NCBI GenBank assembly: GCA_039591655.1
Contig: JBDHDE010000027.1
Span: forward strand, 1 to 35,872
Length of the DNA: 35,872 bases
Direction of reading: 5' to 3'
Origin: Gemmatimonadota bacterium
GTDB taxonomy: Bacteria > Gemmatimonadota > Gemmatimonadetes > Gemmatimonadales > GWC2-71-9
This document shows positions 21,277 to 29,197 of this stretch, piece after piece (the stretch's first letter is position 1; each line of letters opens with the position of its first letter). The notes below the pieces were generated by a model. That model was not told the DNA's origin and made no database searches. It was given only the letters and a program-made list of their open reading frames with translations. The position numbers and the translations under genes are program-made.

Positions 21277-22386
21277 ATGCGAGTACGAAACCTGATACTG
21301 ATTCTCCTCGCCCTGGGTTTGGGAGCGCCGGCCGCTGCCGTCGCCCAGGAGGAGCCGGACCGCGCGGAGCGGGAGCGGGCCCAGCGCAGGGTCGAGGAGG
21401 CGCAGCGCGAGCTCGAGCACGCGCTACAGCTGCTGCGCACCGAAGAGATGGAAGCCACCCAGGTTGCGCTGCAGGCGGCCATGGAAGCCGTGCGCGCCGC
21501 GCAGCGACAGCTCCGCGCCGAAGTCTACCGCGGCTACAGGGACATCTACCGCGATATGGCCCGCGCGCGGGTTTGGGCCGAGCCCAACGTCGTGGTTAGC
21601 TTCGGGCGGCCGCGCATGGGCGTGATTCTCGAGACGGACCGGTGGCGCTCCGACACCGACTCGATCGGTGCCGTGATCCAGGCGGTCACGCCCGGCGGGC
21701 CCGCAGACGAGGCTGGCATCGAGGCCGGCGACATCATCGCCGAGGCCAATGGCCGACCGCTGGGCCGCACCGAGCGACGGGAAGACGCGCCGGGCGAGAA
21801 GCTCGTGGAGGTCATTGGGGAGCTGGAGGCGGGTGAGACCCTCAGCGTGAAGTTCCGCCGGGGAGACCAGACCGGGACGGCCGACGTGGTGGTGCGCCCG
21901 CTGGAGCCCTCGGTCTACTCACTTGGGGTGCCCCTCGACTCGAACGTGTTGATCGTCGAGCCGCCCGACGTCCGGGTGCGGGTACCGGAGCCGGCACGGA
22001 TCCGGATGCGGTACGGCGAGCCGATATTCGAGGCGTTCCTGCCCTTCGGCTGGCTCAGCATGGAGCTGGTCACGCTGGACGAGGAGCTTGGGGCGTATTT
22101 CGGCGCCAGTGAGGGGCTGCTGGTGATCCGGGCGCCGACGAGCGAGGTGATCGACCTCAAGGCCGGCGACGTGATTCTGAGCATCGACGGTCGCGCACCG
22201 GAAAGCCCGTCGCACGCGCTGCGCATTATGCGGTCGTACGAGCCTGGCGAGTCCATGACGCTGCACATCATGCGCGATAGGCAGCGCACGACGGTGGAGG
22301 TCACGGTGCCGGAGCGCGACGGAGGGTTCTTCTGGCAGGGCGAGTGGGACCACGACGACCACGAGGACGGCGACCAGGAGCGCTAG
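21277..22386 (+). CDS. Exported protein with coiled coil and two PDZ domains
   Basis: Signal peptide; VTPGGPADEAGIEAGDII and LKAGDVILSIDG PDZ motifs; RBS AAGGAG. Confidence 0.88.
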   Translation: MRVRNLILILLALGLGAPAAAVAQEEPDRAERERAQRRVEEAQRELEHALQLLRTEEMEATQVALQAAMEAVRAAQRQLRAEVYRGYRDIYRDMARARVWAEPNVVVSFGRPRMGVILETDRWRSDTDSIGAVIQAVTPGGPADEAGIEAGDIIAEANGRPLGRTERREDAPGEKLVEVIGELEAGETLSVKFRRGDQTGTADVVVRPLEPSVYSLGVPLDSNVLIVEPPDVRVRVPEPARIRMRYGEPIFEAFLPFGWLSMELVTLDEELGAYFGASEGLLVIRAPTSEVIDLKAGDVILSIDGRAPESPSHALRIMRSYEPGESMTLHIMRDRQRTTVEVTVPERDGGFFWQGEWDHDDHEDGDQER

Positions 22387-22423
22387 GACCGGCGACCGGT
22401 CGGGCGCGACGTTAGAAGGCAGA

Positions 22424-22453
22424 GAGGGGCGGCGCCGAATGGCGCCGCCCCTC
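22424..22453. terminator. Hairpin between convergent genes, likely a bidirectional terminator
   Basis: GAGGGGCGGCGCC-GAAT-GGCGCCGCCCCTC, perfect 13-bp stem. Confidence 0.75.
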
Positions 22454-22476
22454 GATGTTCGTGGAGGTGATTCGGG

Positions 22477-25206
22477 CTACCGCCCCGTGCCGAACAGGAT
22501 GGCGTTGGTGAGGAGCCGGGCGGGTCCCCGCCAAAAGGCCCGGTACAGCGGGTCATCGGCGAACAGAACGACCTGGCCGCGGCCCTGGCGCTCGGCCGTG
22601 GCCCAGACGGTCTCCTCGAGCAACCGCTCCGTGTTGCCGGGCCAGGCGAAGCCCGCGAGAAGCAGGTCGTCCCCCACGAACACCGCCGGGTTGTCGCCGC
22701 TCTTAGAGGGTGCCAACAGTGTGCTTCCACGGAGCATCAGGGCGAGACCTTTGCTCTCGTAGCCCAGGGTGAGCCAGTGCGTGAGATCCAACGTACCCCG
22801 GAAGATGGAGCCGGGGATGTACTCGACGTCGTCGGGCGTCGCCGACGGAGATGCCAGCGGCGGCGAGAGCTCGGGGTCGCTCTCCAGGGTGTCTGCTTCC
22901 GGCTCACCTTCGTCCGTCCCCAGCGCCGCGACCGAGCTCAGCCCCACGTCTTCGTGTCCCGGGAACAGCGCGGCGTTGTCGTAGGCGATCAGCACCCCTC
23001 CGTCCTGCACCCAGCGCTTGAGTCGCTCGATCCCGCTCTCCCCCAATTGCTCACGGATGCTGCGGGCGCTGCCGCCGGGAAAGAGCAACACGTTGTAGTC
23101 GGACAGGGTGTGCATCCTCCCGAGCGAAGAGAGCGACACGGGAACGAACGGCTGCCCGAGCTCCACTTCGAGGAAATGCCACAGCGTACCGTATCCGGTG
23201 GTGCTGATGCCGCGTCCCGACGCGACGGCTATGCGTGGCCGGAAGACAGGATCCACGCTGTGCGAGCCTACGCCCACCTGTCCCGAGTCGGGGTATGCCG
23301 ACTGCACGGCTGACACCCAGACGCCCGCGTCCTCCGCCAGCGTGCCGATGCGCTCGTGCAGCTCGTCAGGGTTGCGGGAGACGCGCAGGACGAACGTGCC
23401 CCGCGGGTAACTCGCGCCGTCCGCCCGCAGCGGCTCGTTGCTGACATTCACCACGAACCCCTGACGCAACAGCGCCATCGCGAGCTCCGCTGCCCCCCGG
23501 CGGTCGTTGGGAAAGACGTAGGCCGAGCGCGCCCTGCCGGAAACGCCCCCCTGGGGGCCGAGGGTGCGGACTGGGTCGCTCCCCCCGGCCAGGGTCAGGC
23601 CGGTGCCGGCCACCGGCCGAGCGTCCTCCGTCCAGTACGCCTCGAGTCCCAGGGTGAGCGGTAGAGACCAGGCGGTCACATCGTAGAACTCGTACCACTC
23701 GCTGGTGGCGCCGGAACCGCGCCGTCGGTTGCGCTCGTAGATCGCGACCTGGCGCCGCACGAACTCCCGGTCGAGTTCTGTCCGCGGCTCGAGCAGGGCC
23801 CGCGCCATGCGTCCCTGGGGCTGCGCCAGGTCCACGATCAGCACTCCCGCCGGGAACGTGCGGCGGACCGAGGGCGCACCGGGACCGTCCATGTAGCCGT
23901 GCGCCGCTGAGGCGGAGTAAGGCGCCTCAGTCCGGGTGACTTCCACCTCGTGCCGCAGGAGGACCGCAGCCAAAAGTGCAGCGTTCGTGGGATCGTTGTC
24001 CGGCACAACTACGATTCGCTTCATCGAGGCGTCCCGTGCCTCTTCCATGGCCGAGCGGTGGAAGTCGTAGTAATCCAGCAGCTGCGGCTCCCGATGGGCC
24101 GCCGCGGTCTCGACGGTCGCCAGCGACGCCACGTAGTGGTGTGCAATGCCCTCGGCGAAGGTGATGACCGTACCGTCGTCGCGGCGCCGTTTCAGGGCCT
24201 TGCCGCCGTCGGTTTCGTAGGTCATGCCCGTGGCGCCGTGCAGCGTTGGGCCGGCGTCGAAGTAGCCGACGTAGAGCAGGTCGAAGATGTCGCGAGTGTA
24301 GTACTGCCAGCCGTAGCGGTCGAATGCTGCGGCGTTGCCCTGCCCGAATGTCTCCATCCAGCGCACCGTCTGCGCCGAGACATTTGGGTTGATGGGTGCC
24401 GGCGGTGGTGGGAAGAAATACTGCTCGGTGGTGCTGTGCAGGTCCACGAACACCTGCGGGTGCCACCGCATGATCGCTCCCAGCATTGCCCGAGTTGGGG
24501 CCTGCGACAGCGCGATGAAGTCGCGGTTCATATCGAAGCGGTAGTGACTGTACCGGCCCCAAATCCCCCACGGCTCGTTCCACTCGTAGGAGAACGGCTC
24601 GTCCGAGCCCACCGCCAACGAGTTGTACCATACGGCGAACCGTTCGTGACCGTCGGGGTTGGCGGACGGGATCAACACGACCAGGGTGCTTCTTAGCATG
24701 TCGACGGTGGCTGTCTCCTCGGAGGCGAGGAGCTGATATGCCACCCACATCGCCGCCTCGAATCCCGCCGGCTCGTTCCCGTGGATGGAGTAGGACAGCA
24801 TTACCACCACGGGGTCGCGGTCGGCGATGGCCCGGGCCTCGGCGAGGCTGGTAGTGCGCGGGTCGGCGAGCCGCCCCAAGTCGGTCCTGATCTCTTCGAG
24901 GCGCTGCAGGTTCTCCGGGGCGGAAATGAGGAGCGCGCGCATCACCCGGCCCTCCTCGGTGGACCCGATCTCCTCGGAACGCACACGGTCGGGCGCCGCC
25001 GCGATCAGCGCATCGAGAACGGCCTGTTGCTCCGCGTATTGGGTGTGCCTGGCGCCGGCCTCGTAGCCCAGGAGATCGCTGGGACGCGGCACCTCGGAGC
25101 GGTATGGGCCGCGGCCGAAGAACTCGAATCGCTCTTGCGCGTCAGCCAGCGTCGAGCCGGCGAGCACGAGCGCGATGAGCCATGTGATAGAGTGAGTGGT
25201 CCTCAT
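22477..25206 (-). CDS. Exported M14 family zinc carboxypeptidase with C-terminal GATase-like region
   Basis: Signal peptide; SIHGNE, NPDGHER, DMNRD, VDLHS motifs. Confidence 0.9.
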   Translation of the reverse strand: MRTTHSITWLIALVLAGSTLADAQERFEFFGRGPYRSEVPRPSDLLGYEAGARHTQYAEQQAVLDALIAAAPDRVRSEEIGSTEEGRVMRALLISAPENLQRLEEIRTDLGRLADPRTTSLAEARAIADRDPVVVMLSYSIHGNEPAGFEAAMWVAYQLLASEETATVDMLRSTLVVLIPSANPDGHERFAVWYNSLAVGSDEPFSYEWNEPWGIWGRYSHYRFDMNRDFIALSQAPTRAMLGAIMRWHPQVFVDLHSTTEQYFFPPPPAPINPNVSAQTVRWMETFGQGNAAAFDRYGWQYYTRDIFDLLYVGYFDAGPTLHGATGMTYETDGGKALKRRRDDGTVITFAEGIAHHYVASLATVETAAAHREPQLLDYYDFHRSAMEEARDASMKRIVVVPDNDPTNAALLAAVLLRHEVEVTRTEAPYSASAAHGYMDGPGAPSVRRTFPAGVLIVDLAQPQGRMARALLEPRTELDREFVRRQVAIYERNRRRGSGATSEWYEFYDVTAWSLPLTLGLEAYWTEDARPVAGTGLTLAGGSDPVRTLGPQGGVSGRARSAYVFPNDRRGAAELAMALLRQGFVVNVSNEPLRADGASYPRGTFVLRVSRNPDELHERIGTLAEDAGVWVSAVQSAYPDSGQVGVGSHSVDPVFRPRIAVASGRGISTTGYGTLWHFLEVELGQPFVPVSLSSLGRMHTLSDYNVLLFPGGSARSIREQLGESGIERLKRWVQDGGVLIAYDNAALFPGHEDVGLSSVAALGTDEGEPEADTLESDPELSPPLASPSATPDDVEYIPGSIFRGTLDLTHWLTLGYESKGLALMLRGSTLLAPSKSGDNPAVFVGDDLLLAGFAWPGNTERLLEETVWATAERQGRGQVVLFADDPLYRAFWRGPARLLTNAILFGTGR

Positions 25207-25349
25207 GGTCCGTTTGTGGGTGGAAGACGCTGCCAAACTACTGTGCCTTCCCTCTCGGGGCGAGGGCCACCGGCCGCTTGCGCAATACCGCTCGGCGACG
25301 CATCGTGTGGCGTCTCGAGACAGCGACTTCCAGGTCCTGGAGGACAAGG

Positions 25350-25760
25350 ATGCCGGAGCAACTATACCCGTGGATGCACCTCGTAGGACGTGTTCTCTTT
25401 TCGCTGATCTTCATCGCCAGTGGGCTCAATCAGCTTCTCAAGGTGAACGACTACGCGGCGTATGCCCAGAGCAAGGGGCTCCCCGCGGCGAAGCTGATGG
25501 CGATCGTGAGCGGACTGATGATTCTGGTGGGCGGAGTGTTCGTGCTGCTGGGCTGGCATCGCTTCATCGGCGCCGGGCTGCTCTTCGTCTTCCTCGCGCT
25601 CAGTTCGGTCACGATGCATCAGTTCTGGAAAGAGCGCGACCCGATGACGATGCAGAACGAGATGGCGCACTTCATGAAGGACATTGCCCTCGCCGGGGCG
25701 GCGCTGCTCATCGCTTTCTATGGCGGCACGCCCTGGCCCATGAGCCTGGGAGCACCGTAG
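25350..25760 (+). CDS. DoxX family membrane protein
   Basis: GRVLFSLIFIASG, H-x-FW, FMKDIALAGAAL; about 4 TM segments; RBS GGAGG. Confidence 0.9.
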   Translation: MPEQLYPWMHLVGRVLFSLIFIASGLNQLLKVNDYAAYAQSKGLPAAKLMAIVSGLMILVGGVFVLLGWHRFIGAGLLFVFLALSSVTMHQFWKERDPMTMQNEMAHFMKDIALAGAALLIAFYGGTPWPMSLGAP

Positions 25761-25773
25761 GCTAGACGCCGGG

Positions 25774-25844
25774 AGCCCGCTCCAGGAGCGGGCTGAGCCG
25801 GCTTCCCTCATCGCCCGGCCGGGTCTCTCGGACCTTGGCCGGGC
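25774..25844. other. Two tandem GC-rich hairpins downstream of doxX (terminator or stabiliser)
   Basis: AGCCCGCTC-CAG-GAGCGGGCT (25774-25794) and GCCCGGCC...GGCCGGGC (25813-25844); no clear U tract. Confidence 0.45.
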
Positions 25845-25920
25845 ATCCCCGACATCCCACAGCCAGGGCACCCGCGGCACCAATTCCCCAACCACCTCCC
25901 CCTGTAGCTGGTCCCAGCGG

Positions 25921-25977
25921 TTGACTCTTCCGATATATCGTGCGATATTACGTGCGATAGAACGGCACGATATATCG
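25921..25977 (+). promoter_or_regulatory. sigma70-type promoter with two CGATATATCG palindromes (probable PadR operators)
   Basis: TTGACT-17 nt-GATATT with TG extension; palindromes at 25931-25940 and 25968-25977. Confidence 0.75.
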
Positions 25978-25994
25978 CAGCGCAGGAGGCTTCC

Positions 25995-26549
25995 ATGCCC
26001 AAAGAGAGCGGCAACTGGGGCTTCGGCCCCGACGGGTTCTGGTGGGGCCGGGGTCCGAGACGGGGCCGGCGCGGCCGGCGGCGTCGGGTATGGTTCGAGC
26101 CCGGCGACATGAAGTACGTGATCCTCAAGCTCCTCAAGGACAAGCCGATGCACGGCTACGAAGTGATGAAGGCACTGGAGGAGCGGACCCACGGGTGCTA
26201 CAAGCCCTCGCCGGGGACGGTCTATCCCACCCTGCAGTGGCTGGAGGACGAGGGACTGGTGCGGAGCAAGGATCTGGAGGGCAAGAAGGTCTACGAGATC
26301 AGCGACGCGGGTCGGCAGTTCCTGGAGGAGAACAAGTCGGTGGTCGAGGAGATCTTCGACCGTGTGGAGGAGACCATCGACTCCGTCCTCAGCGACCCGA
26401 TCCCGGAAGTGACCCGCCTCATGGGTCGGCTAGTGTCGCAGACCTACCGGTCGGCGTGGCGCTTGCGTGAGGACGCCGAGAAGCGGGGCAAGGTGGCGGA
26501 GATCCTCGAGCGGACGCTCAAGGACCTGGAGGTACTAGTCTCCCAGTAG
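25995..26549 (+). CDS. PadR family transcriptional regulator
   Basis: PMHGYEVMK..PSPGTVYPTLQWLEDEGLV..KKVYEISDAG; RBS AGGAGG. Confidence 0.94.
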   Translation: MPKESGNWGFGPDGFWWGRGPRRGRRGRRRRVWFEPGDMKYVILKLLKDKPMHGYEVMKALEERTHGCYKPSPGTVYPTLQWLEDEGLVRSKDLEGKKVYEISDAGRQFLEENKSVVEEIFDRVEETIDSVLSDPIPEVTRLMGRLVSQTYRSAWRLREDAEKRGKVAEILERTLKDLEVLVSQ

Positions 26550-26560
26550 CGGGAACCCCG

Positions 26561-26740
26561 TCAGGGGACGCCGTGCGGCGGGTCGTCGTCACGCTTGAGA
26601 CGACCCGCCTGCTGCAACGCGCGCCGCAACAGGAACTCGATCTGGCCGTTCACGCTGCGGAGCTCGTCACGCGCCCAGCGCTCCAGGGCCTCATGGACCT
26701 GCGGGTCCATGCGGAGCAGGAAGGGCTTCCGCTGTGACAC
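26561..26740 (-). CDS. Arc-like ribbon-helix-helix DNA-binding protein (59 aa, not in ORF track)
   Basis: Manual translation [59 protein letters not shown]; starts 7 nt after the SPFH stop. Confidence 0.88.
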   Translation of the reverse strand: MSQRKPFLLRMDPQVHEALERWARDELRSVNGQIEFLLRRALQQAGRLKRDDDPPHGVP

Positions 26741-26747
26741 GATACGC

Positions 26748-27617
26748 CTATTGGTAGAGCGTGCCCGTGTTCACCACCGGCTGGGTGCCCCGGTCCGAAC
26801 ACAGCACCACCAGCAGGTTGCTCACCATCGACGCCTTCCGTTCCTCGTCCAGCACCACGATCGCCTTGTTGGACAGCTGATCGAGGGCCATCTCCACCAT
26901 TCCCACGGCGCCGTCCACGATCTTGCGCCGCGCAGCGATGATGGCGCTCGCCTGCTGGCGCTGCAGCATCGCGTGGGCGATCTCCGGTGCGTAGGCCAGG
27001 TGGCTGATGCGGGACTCGATCACCTCCACGCCCGCCTTGTCGAGCCGGTCTTGGATCTGCACCTGGAGCTTCTCTGCGATCTGGGGAGTGTGGGTGGTGA
27101 GAGCCATGTCGTCCGTCTCGTGCGCGTCGTACGGGTAGTTCACGGCAAGCCCCCGCAGGGCCGCCTCACTCTGCACGTGGACGAACTCCTCGTAATCGTC
27201 CACCTCGAACAGGGCCTCGGCGGTGTCGATCACGCGCCAGACGACCACGCAGGCCACCTCGATCGGGTTGCCCGTCCGGTCATTCACCTTGAGCTTGCCG
27301 GTCTCGAAGTTGCGGATGCGCACCGAGACCTTCCGCTTCGTGTAGAACGGGTTGGCGTAGCGCAATCCCGGCATCTTGCAGGTGCCTACGTAGGAGCCGA
27401 ACAGCTGCAGCACCCGGGCCTCGTTGGGGTTCACGATGAAGAACCCGGCATAGGCGATGGACAGGACGGTGGCCACCACGCAAGACGCGATGATGCCGAA
27501 GACCGACTCGGCGACGATTGCCCGGACCAGCCACCAGATGGTGAAGGCGCTCGCCGCGAGCAGGACGAACAGGGCGAGGTAACCCGATGCGACAGCGCGC
27601 TGCTTCTCGCGGATCAT
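26748..27617 (-). CDS. SPFH/band-7 domain membrane protein
   Basis: Two TMs, [50 protein letters not shown]. Confidence 0.93.
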   Translation of the reverse strand: MIREKQRAVASGYLALFVLLAASAFTIWWLVRAIVAESVFGIIASCVVATVLSIAYAGFFIVNPNEARVLQLFGSYVGTCKMPGLRYANPFYTKRKVSVRIRNFETGKLKVNDRTGNPIEVACVVVWRVIDTAEALFEVDDYEEFVHVQSEAALRGLAVNYPYDAHETDDMALTTHTPQIAEKLQVQIQDRLDKAGVEVIESRISHLAYAPEIAHAMLQRQQASAIIAARRKIVDGAVGMVEMALDQLSNKAIVVLDEERKASMVSNLLVVLCSDRGTQPVVNTGTLYQ

Positions 27618-27632
27618 TGAAACCTCCTGCGG

Positions 27633-27672
27633 ACAGTATCAATATGATATCATATTGATACTGTTACGTCAA
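27633..27672 (-). promoter_or_regulatory. SPFH operon promoter overlapped by a perfect 32-bp palindrome
   Basis: TTGACG (27672-27667)-17 nt-TATCAT (27649-27644); ACAGTATCAATATGAT|ATCATATTGATACTGT at 27633-27664. Confidence 0.85.
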
Positions 27673-28097
27673 GGGCTACGCCCGGACTCGGGCGAGCGTC
27701 CCGACAGCCGCGCGGCATGAATCAGGTACACTGCCGCCGCCAGCAGCAAGGGGGAGGAGTAGGTGCCGGGGATGATCCGCCCGGTGGCCAGCGATGCCCC
27801 GAGGTGGCCCAGGCCGTTCACGAACATGAGGCCGCCGAGAGCGTAGGACACGGGGCGCATCCAGCGCCAGCCGCGGAACGCGCCTACCGAGAGCGACAGC
27901 AGGAGCACGATCCCCACAACGAGGCCGCCCAGCCAGACATCGAACCGGAACACCGGTGGGAAGGGGAGCCCCAGGCGCTGGCGCATGCTCTGGGCAAGGG
28001 GATTGTAGAACGCGAGGAACTCCCCGGCGGCCTCATCCGCCACGTGTATCGCCAGCGCAAGGGCGAGAGCGATCCAAGCCATCCCCCAGTGACGCAT
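27669..28097 (-). CDS. HXXEE-like integral membrane protein
   Basis: MRHWG start overlaps the upstream stop (TGATG); HVADE, NGLGH, PGTYSS; about 4 TMs. Confidence 0.75.
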   Translation of the reverse strand: MRHWGMAWIALALALAIHVADEAAGEFLAFYNPLAQSMRQRLGLPFPPVFRFDVWLGGLVVGIVLLLSLSVGAFRGWRWMRPVSYALGGLMFVNGLGHLGASLATGRIIPGTYSSPLLLAAAVYLIHAARLSGRSPESGRSP

Positions 28098-28621
28098 CAG
28101 GCGTTGAGGATGCGGAGGTAAGCCTTCCACGGACCCACTGCGTCGGCGTACTGCCGCGCCATCGCCCGCGCGACCTGCGCGAGGTGACCCAGGTCGTGGG
28201 CCACCCAGGTAGAGAGGTGCTGTCTCAGGGTGACCCGCCCGAGCTCCGGGTGGCGGCCTGTACGGTCCAGGTCCGCAGCGCTCAAGCTCCACCCCGTGAG
28301 CGTCTCCAGGTTCGCTTCCCGCAGGGCGGCGAACTCGTCCAACAGCTCCTCGAGCGGCCTTCCCTTGGACGACTCGAACTGGGCGAAGCGATCGAACGGC
28401 TCGAACGTGCGGTCCTCGCCGTGCTCCAGGATGATCCGGGCTCGGGGGATCCAGTCGGTGCGCTCGCCGTGTATCAGGTGCCCCACGACGTCGTACGGAC
28501 TCCACGTGTGGGGACCCTCGGTGGCCTTTGCCCAGGGTGCCGGGAGGTCGCGCAACAACGCGCCAAGCGTGCCTGGCGTGCGTGCCAGGATCTCGAGCGC
28601 GTCGTCGAGGCGGTACTGCAT
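28097..28621 (-). CDS. DinB/YfiT-like family protein
   Basis: LARTPGTL, WSPYDVVGHL, GRHPELGRVTL, WVAHDLGHLAQ (His triad). Confidence 0.9.
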   Translation of the reverse strand: MQYRLDDALEILARTPGTLGALLRDLPAPWAKATEGPHTWSPYDVVGHLIHGERTDWIPRARIILEHGEDRTFEPFDRFAQFESSKGRPLEELLDEFAALREANLETLTGWSLSAADLDRTGRHPELGRVTLRQHLSTWVAHDLGHLAQVARAMARQYADAVGPWKAYLRILNA

Positions 28622-28674
28622 GATGGATCGGCTCCCACAGCGCGCCGGCCGGCTTGCGCCGGCCGCCGGCGGGT

Positions 28675-29142
28675 CTAGCGGCGCTCGTAGACCGTGGTCT
28701 GGCCTTCCTCGTCGAAAGTGAGGATTTCGTAGTGCTCGGCGGGTCGGTCGGGGCTCTCCATGCCCGGCGAGCCGATGGGCATCCCCGGGACGGCGATGCC
28801 GATGACGTCGGGCCGCTCCTCCAGCAGTCGCCGGATCACGTCGGCCGGGACGTGGCCCTCGACCACGTACCCGTCAACCACTGCGGTGTGGCAACCCTCG
28901 AGTTGACGCGGGACAGCATGCTCGGCCTTCACCGACGGCAGATCGGCCACTTCGTGCGTCGTGACCTCGAAACCATTCGCTTGTAGGTGAACCACCCACT
29001 GGTTGCAGCAGCCTCACGTCGGGGTCTTGTAGACCACGACTGCGGGGCTCTGCGCGCTCGCCTGTGTGAAGACCACGCCGGCGGCGGCGGCACCCGTCGC
29101 CAATACGGCGCCCAGCAGCAGCGCGCGACCTTTCGCTGTCAT
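28675..29142 (-). CDS. DUF411 metal-binding protein with in-frame TGA (probable selenocysteine, UGCC motif), 155 aa
   Basis: Signal peptide + VYKTPT-TGA(29016-29014)-GCCNQWVVHL..CHTA..YVVEGHVPA..GIAVPGMPIGSPGME. The two track ORFs (29014..29442 and 28675..28995) are in the same frame. G-rich RBS before ATG 29142. Confidence 0.88.
28981..29016 (-). promoter_or_regulatory. Candidate bacterial SECIS element
   Basis: mRNA UGAGG-cugc-UGcAACCA-GUGGG-UGGUUCA-CCUaCA: stem-loop right after UGA with a G-rich apical loop (folded by eye). Confidence 0.6.
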
Positions 29143-29197
29143 CGGTTCCCCCCTGGTCTGAGTTGGCGGCACCGCTCGGAGCGACGCCGTCCCGTTA

